In this document: piece after piece, positions 13,963 to 27,125 of the stretch | Layout: each line of letters opens with the position of its first letter | How positions within the stretch are numbered: the first letter of the stretch is position 1 | Assembly: GCF_009914755.1 (NCBI RefSeq) | Contig: NC_060935.1 | Length of the DNA stretch: 64,000 nucleotides | DNA from: the human T2T-CHM13v2.0 reference genome, Homo sapiens | Strand: one strand, 5' to 3' | Translations under genes and position numbers: made by a program | The notes under the pieces: model-generated | Told to the model about the DNA's origin: nothing | Database searches by the model: none | Seen by the model: the letters and a program-made list of their open reading frames with translations, nothing else

Positions 13963-14289
13963 GAAAGGGAAAGGAACTCTAAGAAAAATAGAATTAAAAT
14001 TTCAAATAAAACTATAATATATTTAGACAGATAAAAGATAAGGATGAAATCTTGAAATAAGTACAAGATATGATAAAAAAAGGTGTAACTGGAGAAAATT
14101 TTTAAAAATCAGTAAATTAAAATTATGATTGCTTATATGAAAAAATATTTAAAAATAAGATTCCAATTGTTTTTTCCAAAATTTGAACTAAAAAGCAAAT
14201 GTGGAAAGACAGCATCGGAAATAAGAAAGTGAGATCATTTGAGGAGCTCTAACATCCAACAAATAGATGTGTAACAGAGAGAAGAAGTT

Positions 14290-14539
14290 TGTTTTTCTGC
14301 AACTAACTAGACACAGAGATAAATATTTCTAGTTTGACTGACTGACCGAGTCTTCTGCTGATTGCAAAAACAGTGCCAGCTATAAATCAGCTCATCTACA
14401 GCTTGTCTATTCTTCACTATACAAGTAGAAGGCAAGAACACCCTGCCAAGACTCTCTGATCTTGGGATCTAGGGTGCTCTTCCTATTGCTATAACGTGAA
14501 TACAGTAAATGTCCTTACTTGTTTATTTTTTTCTTTGTC
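14290..14539 (+). mobile_element. Possible ERV1 LTR 3' fragment (MER31/MER34-like)
   Basis: TATAAA followed by cctattgctataa..agtaaatgtccttacttg..ttctttgtca, resembling ERV1 LTR ends. Confidence 0.35.
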
Positions 14540-14705
14540 AATGGAGACCAATAAATTAGAAAAGAAGTAACAGAATATGTTGTCAAAAAAGTAAAAAAAG
14601 AAGTCTCCAGACTGTGGGCCCAGAGGGCCCATCTCAATAGGTGGAGAAATATTCATGTGAAGGTCATTGGGAATAAAAAGAAGAGCCTTAAAAGCTTCCA
14701 TCTAC

Positions 14706-15095
14706 TGTCTTCATCCATTTTGTGCTGCTATAACAAAATACTCAAAACTGGGTAATTTATGAAGTACAGACATTTATTTCTCACAGTTCTTGAGGCTGGG
14801 AAGTTCAAGACCAAGACACCAGCAGATTCCTCATCCGGTGAAGGCCTAGTCTCTGCTTTCAAAATGGTGCCTTGAACACTGCATCTTCTGGCAGGGAGGG
14901 ACGTTGTATCTTCACATGGCAGAAGGCAGAAGGGCAAAAATGGCTGATCTCCATCAGACTCTTTTATAAAAGCATCTAATCTCATTCATGAGAGAGGAGC
15001 TCTTGTGGCCTAATTATTTCTTATAGGCCCCAACTCTTAATACTATCACATTGGCAACACCTGAATTTTGAAGGTGATATATTCAAACCATAGCA
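14706..15095 (-). mobile_element. MLT1A/MST-type MaLR solo LTR
   Basis: tgtcttcatccattttgtgctgctataacaaaatac ... attcaaaccatagca; TSD tctac/cctac. Confidence 0.88.
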
Positions 15096-15596
15096 CCTAC
15101 TGAGGATCAGGAATGAGAATGGAATTGGATTTTCAACAGCAATAATAAACTCTGAAAATTAATAGAGAAATGTTTTCAAACTTCTGAAGAAACATTATTT
15201 TTAACCTGGATGTCTAGTATCAGACAAACTTTCAGTCAGACATAAGAATAGAATTAAAATAAATTTCTCAGCAAGCTATTTAATAACTACAAGCATCCTC
15301 TAGTAATTAGAGGGTATACTTCAGAAAAATACAGAACTAAATAAAGAAGCATGTGTATGATTCAGGAAATAAGGTATCTCTCCCAGAAGTGGGGTAATAA
15401 GAAGATTTAAGATGATGAGAATATGATCAGTTATACTGAATCAGGAAAACAGAGAGCTCTAAAGAAGGGCGACCATAGAGGAAAAGAAAATCATAGGTTA
15501 TTTATATTTAAAAGATGTGGTAATGTAAAAAAATTGTTGAAGTATTTCTGAAGAATTGGTGATAAATATATAGAAAACCCATAAATAAAAATAATT

Positions 15597-16410
15597 TATA
15601 CCCAAAGGATTATAAATTATTCTACTATAAAGACACATGCACATGTATGTTTATTGCAGCACTATTTATGATAGCAAAGACTTGGAACCAACCCAAATGG
15701 ACATCAGTTATAGACTGGATAAAGAAAATGTGACACATATAAACCATGGAACACTATGCAGCCATGAAACAGAATGAGTTCTGTAACCCCAGCATTTTGG
15801 GAGGCTGAGGCAGGTGGATCACCTGAGGCCAGGAGTTCAAGACCAGCCTGGCCAACATGGTGAAACCCCGTCTCTACTAAAAATACAAAAATTAGTCAGG
15901 CGTGGTGGTGGGTGCCTGTAATCCCAGCTACTCGGGAGGCTGAGGCAGGAGAATCACTTGAATCCAGGTAGTGTTTGCAGTGAGCCGAGATCGTGCCACT
16001 GCACTCCAGCCTGGGTGACAGAGTGAGACTCCGTCGCAAAAAAAAACAAAACAAATAAAAAAATAAGTTCTTTTCCTTTGCAGGGGCATGGATGAAGCTG
16101 GAAAGCATCATCCTCAGCAAACTAACACAAGAACAGAAAACCAAACACTGCATGTTCTCACTCATAAATGGGAGTTGAACAATGAGAACACATGGACACA
16201 GGGAGGGGAACATCACACACTGGGGCCTGTCCAGGGGTTGGGGGAAAGGGTGGGGGAGAGCATTAAGACAAATACCTAATGCATGCAGAGCTTAAAACCT
16301 AGATGACGGGTTGATAGTTTCAGCAAACCTCCATGGGACATGTATACCTACGTAACAAACCTGCACGTTCAGCACACGTACTCCAGAACTTAGAGTAACA
16401 TAAAAATAAA
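15597..16410 (+). mobile_element. 5'-truncated L1PA (about PA7-PA8) 3' end, split by an Alu
   Basis: tatacccaaaggattataaat..aaagacacatgc; 3' UTR with G-rich tract and cagcaaacc..catgtatacctacgtaacaaacctgcacgttc. Confidence 0.93.
15781..16060 (+). mobile_element. Slightly 5'-truncated AluS inserted in the L1PA
   Basis: Alu body; TSD agaatgagttc / aaaataagttc; L1 sequence resumes in register after it. Confidence 0.95.
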
Positions 16411-17753
16411 ATAGATATATAAAATTCGAAATAGAAGTGAACAGCATCTATTTTTCTACTCATTGTATTTTTATCAAATCTTTGACTTGATTTAACCAAA
16501 AACGTGACAATTTGGAAGATGGAAAAGGGAAAATGTATATGGATGAGAGTAAAAACCTCATCTACGAAAAGAGAAGTAAAAAAGTGTCTAAAATGAAAAA
16601 AAATCAAAAAATGGTAGTATAAGTAATTTGCTTATATAGTGGTCATTAACAGTGGAAACACACAAAAAGGTGCATAGTTCAAATATGTGCAAGTCTAAAA
16701 GTTGGGGGAGAGGTGAAGCAAGGTATAACTTTTTTTCTCCCCACCTTTCATCCTCCCAGTAGTACTTAACTTCTTAAATCATGTTCATGTAGCAATTTTA
16801 TAATAATAAAAGTGAATTCAGAAAAATTAAAGTAAAAATGTTCCATATTTGAGAAGCAAAAAATACATCATTATAAAACTTGGTCATTAAACTAGAGTTT
16901 CCTTCAGCCTGTTCGCACTACACGAGCCGTGGATTATATGCACAGAAGCAATGATAGCATAGCCCATTGAGCATTTTTGAGTTTAAATAAATCTTCCACA
17001 ATTGCAACTTCTGTGCAATGGGAAGTAAGTTGGTAAAGGTTATTGAATTGAAAAACCTGAAATTTCTAATTGTTACAGCTCATCCTGGGTATGTGTCAGA
17101 ATAGTTTCTCCTTTTTGGATTATTTAATTTTTAGAATATCAGAAGACAACTGAATGCTCAAAAATAATAATACTGCTATAAGTCAAAATAAAGTGAGAGC
17201 TTGAAAGTGGTCCAAGAAAATACCTGGCCATGCTTGTATCTGGGAGAGAAGAACAGTGAAGAAAACTGCCATTTACTGAGCACTTACTATGCACCAGCTT
17301 TAATCACTCAACTCGTTCTGTTCTTGCAACAGCTTTGTGAGACAAATTACCACTTTCTTTGTGGAGATGAAGACATGGAGCACCAAAGAGGTGCTCTGTT
17401 AATAACCTGTTTCAGTTCACACAACAGTAAGAAGCAGAGCTGATACTGTTTTCCAGGCTTGAAACTGCTCTCAACCACCTGGTTACACCATCCCTTAGAA
17501 CTGGGTTTCTTCCTCCTATCATCCTTAAACCCAATATTCTCCAACTGGGGTCCAGTAGCCACAAGGGTGTGGCCCAAATGAGCAACTGATGTGCCAAGAT
17601 ATTGATCTCCTGAGTCCTTTAAGTACGCAGGGGAGGTAGAGCCTGGCCCCTTACTCAAGTGTCCCATGCTGGTGTCATCATCATCTATGTGCATCATGAT
17701 GTGAATGAGGTTGGAAACCTTACTTTAGGCAACAATAAATCAGCCCCCTACAA

Positions 17754-18470
17754 TTTTTTTTTATTATTATACTTTAAGTTTTAGGGTACATGTGCACCAT
17801 GTGCAGGTTTGTTACATATGTATACACGTGCCATGCTGGTGTGCTGCACCCATTAATTTGTCATTTAGCATTAGGTATATCTCCTAATGCTATCCCTCCC
17901 CCCTCCCCTCACCATACAACAGTCCTCAGAGTGTGATGTTCCCCTTCCTGTGTCCATGTGTTCTCATTGTTCAATTCCCATCTGTGAGTGAGAACATGCG
18001 GTGTTTGGTTTTTTGTCCTTGCGATAGTTTAGTGAGAATGATGATTTCCAATTTCATCCATGTCCCTACAAAGGACATGAACTCATCATTTTTTACGGCT
18101 GCATAGTATTCCATGGTGTATATATGCCACATTTTCTTAATCTAGTCTATCATTGTTGGACATTTGGGTTGGTTCCAAGTCTTTGCTATTGTGAATAGTG
18201 CCGCAATAAACATACGTGTGCATGTGTCTTTATAGCAGCATGATTTATAGTCCTTTAGGTATATACCCAGTAATGGGATGGCTGGGTCAAATGGTATTTC
18301 TAGTTCTAGATCCCTGAGGAATCGCCACACTGACTTCCACAACGGTTGAACTAGTTTACAGTCCCACCAACAGTGTAAAAGTGTTCCTATTTCTCCACAT
18401 CCTCTCCAGCACTTGTTGTCTCCTGACTTTTTAATGATTGCCATTCTAACTGGTGTGAGATGGTATCTCA

Positions 18471-18471
<1 letters not shown>
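17754..18471 (-). mobile_element. 5'-truncated young L1PA (PA2-PA4-like) with an intact ORF2p C-terminal segment
   Basis: ORF 18142-18471 [40 protein letters not shown].. is the L1 ORF2p Cys-rich domain; caatgagaaca variant (not L1HS); poly-T at left. Confidence 0.96.
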
Positions 18472-18773
<302 letters not shown>

Positions 18774-19027
18774 TATACTTCAATTTGTAAGATATCTCTG
18801 CTCAGACTTTTCAGAACTGCTTGGAAAAAAAAAAAAGCATTGTATTGGGCAGGTAACTCTTTGTTGAAATAGAAAATTTTGACTTAAGGAAGGCCATATA
18901 TATCAACCACTTCAATACCCTTGTTTTTCAGACAATACAATGGATCTAGACAAGTAGATAATAGAATACAAGTAGACAATACAATGGGTCCAGATAAGTA
19001 GACCTAGCCTAGAGAGGAAAGGGCTAG

Positions 19028-19279
<252 letters not shown>

Positions 19280-21407
19280 TGACCAGATGGCATTGCAGCA
19301 GCTAGTTGCTGGCCCATCTTTTCTTTTAGAGAGGGAGCTCCACAGGAAGAAGCACCAAGTCCTATATATCTGTATGTGTCCAGCACTGGAACAGTGGCTG
19401 GCACATAGCAGGCACTCAATATTGGCTAAGTAAAGGGATGACCAATAAAGAAATATGTTCAAGGGATCAAAATTCAATCTTTATTTCCCTAACTTGCTAG
19501 CTGTCAGATCTCAGACAAGTCATTTATATTGGCAAACGGGAATAAAGGAATTATGTGTTAGGTAATCATGAATTACATGAAATCATCATCATGTTAAAAT
19601 AATAGCAACTAATATTTTGTGTGCATTTACTATGTGACAGGCAAAGTTACAGTGTTTTGCAAATATTAACTCATTTAATTTTAAATGCATGTATATGAAT
19701 ACATTCATATAAATAGTCTATGTATGAGACTGGTTAGAGCTCCCTTTCTAATATATTTCTCACTGCATTTGCATTCAGTTTGGGGCATATTTGGTTTCAA
19801 TTTCTGGTACTCCCTTGGGAGCAGATAGAATGGTGCAGATGACTTAGACTAAGACAAAGTGTTTGAGCGCTTATCCTGCTGTTCTGTGAAAATGGCACTG
19901 GGGGATAGAGAAAGTGATGGGGGATCACATTTCTTATAATGGGTGGCTCTATCTGTCTTAAGAAAGAGAGAAAATTAGTATTCTCCTAATAGAATGTCAC
20001 AGAAGAATTCAACCTTCTTCATAATACTGTAATTAGTATTTCATATACTATAATTTTACTCTTGATGAGATAAGCACTTTCTGAAGAAATTTCAATATCT
20101 ATATTGCTAGTGCTAGCAAAAAAAAAGCAATTTAAAATGACACATTTTAATACATAATAGCTGCCCCAACCTTTTGATGTAGCAGCATGAATATCAAATT
20201 CTCTGGGTGAGAATGAGGTTTGAGGTGCCTTCAAGGGGTTGGTGCCTTTATAAAGAACACAACACGTATCTGCTGAATGGAGCCAACCTCAGCCCCCTGG
20301 GTCCTTTAGTGATCAGACTGGTGAGAAAATTCCCTTCAGCTAATCTTGTCATAATTCAAGCCGACTTAACCACAGGACATGTGAGGAACCTAGTGAGATT
20401 GCTTGTAGATAAGCAGGAAGAAGGGTTATAATAATTTTGAGTCACCTACCATGTACTAGGCATCATGCTTTACCAACAGTATTTCATTAATCCTCATAGT
20501 ATAGATGAGAAAAATCAATGCTCAAAAGAGTGAACTTACTACCGAACATGTAAGACTAATAGGTATTAACCCACATCTACCTAATTAGAAAGTCCATTCT
20601 CTGAACATTGCAATAGGCTGCCCCCCTGAAACAGGTTGTTTATAACAGAATTGCTTGGTGAGTGAATCTGATCCCTTAGCTGCATTCACTGAGGATAAGT
20701 CACTGAAAAGAAAAATCATGGACACCAAAAATTTCCCATGTATTTAAACAGCACTGATAGGGATATACACGCTCTGAAAATATCCTAGCTGATAAGACAG
20801 CCAGGGGTTGGAATAAAGAAATGTTATCCTTGGTTCGTTGTATTTTCTATGGCTTTCAAGTTAAGACTGCCTGCAGTGACCATAGCAGAAATGGCTGGTG
20901 ATTACAAATGCTCATAAACATCCTCAACACATACATTTTTCTGAAAAGTAGCATAATAATATTGCTTTGGCATTGTACTATCTTCCTGTGAGTTGTTATT
21001 TCAACAGATAACTTTGATCATTTTCCAAAACAGCTATCAGAAATGTACAGATTGAGGCAGCTACTGGGCACTGCAGGTTGCGGGTAATTAAACCAGGTTT
21101 CCTCCACATGGATGGTGCTCCTGACCAGTGCTAATGATTATCATCACTGCACGGACAGCATAAATACTAGTGCTATTATCGCTGATAGTATGAGGAGGAA
21201 GAAGAAGAATGAAACCAGAAAGGAGAGCCGGAAAAATGACAAGGAAGGAAGTGGAGATTATTTATATGTTATTTACTATGTCGTGTTCATTTATGTGCTC
21301 AGCATGTAGCACGTTTTCTGGTAAATAATTGATTTCAATTAAGAATTATCAAAGGCATGGAAGTGTTTACAAATGGATGAATGGCTAAACGTTAAGAACT
21401 ACCCTCA

Positions 21408-21792
21408 TGTTTTACTTTGTTGGGGTTGCCACAACAAAATACCAGTTTACTGGGTATCTTAAACCAAGAAAATTAATTTTCTCAGTTCTGGAGGCTATAA
21501 GTCCAAGATCATGGCACCAACCAGGTTGGTTTCTTCTGAGGCCAGTCTCCTCGGCTTCTATACACCTGCCTTCTCGCTGTGTACTCAAATGAACTTTTTC
21601 TCGGTGTGCAACATGTCCCCAGTATCTCTTCCTCTTTTTTTTAAGGACATCAGTCCTACTGAATTAGAGCCCAACCCTTATGATCTCATTTAACCTTATT
21701 TACCTACTTAAAGTCACTATATTCAAGTACAATCACGTTGGGGGTTAAGGATTCCATCTATTAATTTTGGGGAGAGTATTTAGTCCGTAATA
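21408..21792 (-). mobile_element. MLT1A0/MLT1B-type MaLR LTR
   Basis: ggggttgccacaacaaaatacca..cagttctggaggctataagtccaagatca..aaggacatcagtc. Confidence 0.8.
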
Positions 21793-21879
21793 CCAGAAAA
21801 TTCAATTGTAACTTGAATGCTATCTTTATCATGAATTACTTCCGGATTCTTTCAGTTAAAATTACTATCTCTATCTTGA

Positions 21880-22450
21880 GCTTTCCTGTCACATTATAAA
21901 TATCTATGCTAGAACTTCATCAGTTTGCCTTTTGTTTGAATATAGCAGAAACCTCCTAGCTGGCCTCTTTGTCTTTGGTCTTACTCTCCTTTTTCCTCTC
22001 TCATTCTGCATAGCTGTCAAAGCGAACTCACTAGAATGCTCACGAGATTGTGTTATTTCTCAGCTTTAAACTCATCAATGAGTTTATGAATATAAGTACA
22101 ACTCCTTAAGATGAGGTTAAAATCTCTGCACAACCTGAAACACCGTCTGTGTAATAAAACTTGTCTTCCAAACCTCTCCACATCACACTCTGGCCACCCT
22201 ATATCAAAGGAACCTCTGCTGTTCCAGATGTCTTGGCTGTAACCATGTTGTCCTTGCTTCCCATGGATTCCTGGTCCAGAGTTCTACCCACTTCATTGCA
22301 GTGGCCTATGGCCATGCACATGCACATACGCCTCGATCTCGCCAAGATTAAAAACATCCCTTTCTCCTCCACTCAGACTCTTCTTGTTCTTTCCTTTGTG
22401 CTTTCAAATGTTCATTCCACTGTAAAGTGCGCCCTACATGGGAGTCACAA
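21880..22450 (+). mobile_element. L2 fragment
   Basis: acctcctagctggcctc..cagctttaaactcatcaatg, typical of the L2 3' region. Confidence 0.5.
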
Positions 22451-22479
22451 TAAGACGTATGTAGGAATAAGTATACACA

Positions 22480-23770
22480 TTAAAATCTTGGCAGGAGTAG
22501 TTCCAACTGATGATAACCATCAGACCGATGTTATTAGATAACAGCTCTGGAACTCTGGAAAAGAAAATGGAAACTCTGGAAAGGAAACTCTGGAAAAGAA
22601 AAACCTGAAGGCATATGACAGAAAATAACAGGAGTCAGATATGGCGAGGGAGGTATTTATTCTTGAGCCATCTTTGATGGCTTTTGTCTAAGAACAGGCC
22701 CTGTGGGCGTCATACCTGGTAGGTAAAACTCAGTTGGAAAACATATCATTTTAGTGACTTGAAGAACCAGAAGAGAAGGGTTATTGTGATAGCAATAGTG
22801 TAAAAGTGAAGGAGAAAATCCAAGAAAGGAGAAAGCCAATGAACAGGAAGGCTAGGTTCTATACATAAAATGTGCCCAAATCTCTGTTTAATCTTTGAAC
22901 TATGCAGGTACAAGGTAGATCCAAGCATCTCAAATGAGTAAAAGAAGAAAACAGAGATTTCAGTTGATGCATACCAGAGGAAGGCCAAAGTTTGGAGTTT
23001 GAGTTCAGTCAAGTTAATTGTTTGTCAAAGAAATAAATGAACTTCAAGTAAATATATGCAAAGAAACATAACAGAATCCAGAGTCTGTACAATATATGAA
23101 CCACAGTGTTTGAGGCACAATGCTGGAGGTCAAGGGAGACCAAAAAGCAGTATCTAGCAAACGACAACTATGGCCTCTTCAAAAGCAGGCTGAGAATAAA
23201 GATGTATTAGATAAATGGAAATGGACAGGATTTGCCTCCAGCAGACCTATACCACAGAAAATGCTGGAGGGAGTTTATTAAGACAGAAATAAGATTACAA
23301 CAGATGGAAAACCCAAGAAGGAATAAAAAACACTGGAAATGGTAAAATGTGGGTAAATATAAAAGACTATATTTCCTCTAAAATATATATGACTGTTTAA
23401 AGAAAAAAATGATATAAATTGGGTTGTGAAGTTTACAATGTACATAGACACAATACATATGACAACTCTAGCATACGGAAAGTGGAGGTGTTAAGTAGAA
23501 TTACAAGGTTCTTAAATAATCTGGTACAATTTTAACTCTAAGTAGACAGTATGAGGTTAAGGATGTATCCTTTAATCCCTAGAACAACCACTAAAAAAAA
23601 AATAGGTAATAAGTCAATAAATTAAAATAAAGTTCTAAAATAATATTTAATTAATACAACAGAAGACAGAAGATAGAAAAAAAGAAAAATTAAAAATAGA
23701 TGGAAAAAATGAAATAAATAAAATGGTAGACATAAACCCAACCATATTATTATTATATTAAAAGTTAAAA
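22480..23770 (+). mobile_element. Old L1 (L1MC/L1MD-like) 5' UTR, ORF1 and inter-ORF fragments
   Basis: acataacagaatccagagtc; ccagcagacctataccacagaaaatgctggagggagt (ORF1 end); taatccctagaacaaccactaaaaa; aaaatggtagacataaacccaaccata. Confidence 0.65.
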
Positions 23771-23898
23771 ACATATTATATTAAAACTAGGTAAACAACA
23801 GGTTTGCATTTTGAGTATTTGTTCAACACCAGTGTGGTGTTAATGGGGCACAAGCCCAGGCCTAACCATTTAAGTAACAGTGTTCCTCTGACACATAA

Positions 23899-24232
23899 CA
23901 GTTGTTCCATAAACAAGAGGAACTACGGCTCAAAACACTCATGTAATGGTTTCTTTATTTGAAACGGTTTTCAGTTCATTTTCTAATGTTTCTTACATAT
24001 ATATTTTTCAAGACATGTTGCAAAATAAACTTAAAATACAAATATATTTGAAAAGCTATATATATTTCAAATATATTTGCAATAAATGTATTTGTAGTTT
24101 TAAATGTGCTAATGTACATATTGATAAACTAAACATTTCACCACCAATCCTCTATATTTTTGTTTAACTTAATATTAATAGAATATTTGACAAGCCTAGT
24201 GTCATCCAGATCACACTTTGGGAAGTGGTGCC
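23899..24232. mobile_element. Possible degraded hAT-Charlie DNA transposon
   Basis: cagttgttcc.. start and ..gatcacactttgggaagtggtg end resemble Charlie/MER termini. Confidence 0.35.
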
Positions 24233-24524
24233 TGAGACTCCTCACCTTCTGTCTCTGTTCTGTGGAGGCCTGTACCAACCGCAAATTGGCAAGCATCGTG
24301 CTGAAGAAAGAAAAGACCTTATCCAGCTATTTAGAGGAGACGTGACAAATTACAGTGACAGAATACCTTACATTATACAGATTTTACTGTCTCTGGAACC
24401 CTCCTGGTTATTCTTTTCGTGTTTCATCTTCATAGTGACCTGATGAAGACAACAAGGAAGGTCTCTCTATTGCTTTTGCCGCCACTAATGACCATCATCA
24501 AGTGGGATTTCAAGAGGTGGGGCT

Positions 24525-24567
24525 GCAGGAATTATGTGGGCGCAGGAATTATGTGGGCACAGGAATT
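24525..24567 (+). repeat. 17-bp tandem repeat, 2.5 copies
   Basis: gcaggaattatgtgggc gcaggaattatgtgggc acaggaatt. Confidence 0.95.
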
Positions 24568-26877
24568 CGGTGACTCAATATGTTTATCCAGACAGGGGTT
24601 CCACAGAAATTATTAGCCCGAAGCTCTTACCCACCCTAGGAATTTCCCTGTCTAAACTATAAAAAGAACTTTGATTATCCAGGCTTGGGAAAGTTAGTCA
24701 AATGTCCGGAGGAAACCTGGTTTCTTCTTTCATAAATGGTGTTAAAATTATCCTGGTATTTTATTGAGAAATAAATTACACCCATAAAGAAATGAATAGA
24801 ATATATATTTATTGGTCTTTTTCTAATATTTCTTATACATTTTCTTTTCCAAGATATATTGCAAAATAAACTTAAAATATGAATATATTTTAATACAGTA
24901 AAACTAACACAAACTTTAAATAGCTGGACCAAGAATATTGGGAACAGCTGTAGCTAGCATTTCAGTTTGGGTATGGCAAATGCCAAAGCCCACACAGCTT
25001 GATGCATAGCAGGTGAGGAACCATTTCAGTTTTTCCCCTTTCTCCTTTCCTTAGGAAAACTTTTTTTCCAACCACCCTTTATATGGCTGATTCTGTATGT
25101 AGGAACTTTCACCAGTGTGTCTATGCACAATCAAAGCATATGTGCATTTGCCTTTCTAGAAAGAGGGGTAGGAGCCCTAAAACCAACATTATGTCAAGGC
25201 ATCTTTTCAGGCACACAGTGAAGAGCTTCAACCAGCCTGTTGAGACTTTCACAACTACCCTGTAATTCAACGTTAAATACTTTCAGAAGCCTGGGAATCG
25301 CATTGAATATGCAAATTAAAACTCCCATGAAAAATCACACTGCCCACCATTGTAATGGTTTAATTACTGATGATAATAGCAGTTGTATGTCGATGAGCTC
25401 CAGTAAAACCTTCCAGCAGCCTGTAGAAATATGTGCCTTCTAGCCTAAGATGGGATGGAGTCTGAGGTAGACATAACATATGCTATCCCTTTCTTTTCCC
25501 TTTCCCCTTCTTTATGAACCTGGAAGATACTGTAAATTTATTTCAGAGAGTCAACATAATTTACTTAACCACCTTTGCCTTTGTTTAACTCCCCCTTTAC
25601 TTCGCTGTTTCTGCTTGACACATGAAATTAATAATTAGGGTGAAAAATTATAATCACACCCAATAAAAGGCATCAGTTGACTGGGTTATCAGAGGTATTC
25701 CTTGGCACCAGGATTCCATGTGGTGAGGCCTTTCAGGTGCTGGTTTTGATTTTTCCCAGTGTGCATTTTGCTCCCACAGAGCTCTCTTAGAAGCCTACAG
25801 AAAAATGGGGAATGTAGATAGAATTGCATGCTGAGCTAATTAGGCTTCTATACTCAATTCTTTTGTCGGAGTGGAGTAGTTTTGGAGGGGAAGAGCAAAG
25901 CGCATCTTTACTCCAACACCTCATTGCTTCCCTATGCCAAGCAATATTGGAACGACACTCTGCAGCATTGGCCCATTGGTCATCATGGTGGGGTGCTAAT
26001 TCTTTAAGCCTGAAGCATATGGCAATGAGCTTGCACTCTGGAGTTTAAAGGAAATTAGACTTGGCTAAAGTTAATTGGATTTAAGTTATAGAGTGTTATG
26101 GACAAAGTACAGGCCTTGCAGTCCCCTAGACCACTAGCTCTGTTACTAGCTGTGTGGCATTAGGCAACTCTTTCCACTTTTCTTGATAGTAGTTTATGCA
26201 TTTATTTGTCAAATGAGTATGTGTAATGTACTCTTTGAAGTAATACTCAGTATTAAATAAGGAAATGTAGGTAAAGTACTTACACCTGGTACCTTGCGGT
26301 TTCTCAGGGCACAATAATTCCCTTTCATTGCATACAAATATTGGCAAATGCTCCTTTAGCTCTCTTTTTATTTTTCTTCCAATTTAGGAGCACTACGATC
26401 CTATAAGTGGGATTCAGTTTGTGGGGAATAGAGGCCAGGGCTTCCTGCATGTGGAGACTGCCATGTTTGTGCATGACTGCAACCAGCCCAGAAGCTGTAT
26501 TTACAGGAAACACAGAGTTAAGTTTGATGGAAACAAGCAGTAATGTTATCTTTTGGAAAAAAGCAATATTAATACAGGAAGATCCTGATATAACATGATG
26601 TGAAATTGCTAACATAATAAAGCTATATGACATTTCTGCCTCAGTGTGAGTTCTTTCTAGAAGTCAACCTAAGAAAAAGAATCCAGGTAAGTGAATAAAT
26701 GAGGTTTCTCTCTCCATCTCGGAGTGGTCCCTGATGTTCAATATAAAGGATGACAATGTTTTCCCCTGCGAAAGCCGCCCTACAAATTCTTCCTTCTCCC
26801 CTTATCAGCCCAGTGACTAGCCAACACAGGGGAAAATAATACCTACACACTCGGGATGTTGCTTAGCACATACATGA

Positions 26878-27125
26878 GAAGCAGTGGGGTAAAGTGGCTA
26901 ATACTGCAGTTTCTGGAGCAAAATTACCAAGGTTCAAATCCTGGCTCTGCCACTTAGAGGCCATGTGACTTTGCACAAGTCACTTAACCTCTCTCAGGTT
27001 TGGCATCGTCATTTGTAAATTTGGAAATAACAGTACCTAATCATTAGGCTTGCTGCAGAGTTAACATTATAAAGTGCTTTGAACAGAGCTTGGCACAATG
27101 CAAGTGCTCAATAAATATAAGCAAT
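26878..27125 (+). mobile_element. Near full-length MIR
   Basis: ggttcaaatcctggctctgccactta..tgtgactttgcacaagtcacttaacctctct..cttggcaca..aagtgctcaataaat. Confidence 0.85.

Larger units (their letters stand above)
12940..16830 (+). mobile_element. HAL1-like (ORF1-only half-L1), near full length and interrupted by younger insertions
   Basis: 15104-15240 translates as a decayed L1 ORF1p C-terminal motif (GSGMRMELDF/STAI..NVFKLLKKHYF*PGCLVSDKLS, compare RMASDFSTATLEARRQWSNAFKILRENDFQPRILYPAKLS). No ORF2 follows. Old-L1-type 3' terminus at ~16760-16830. Confidence 0.62.
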
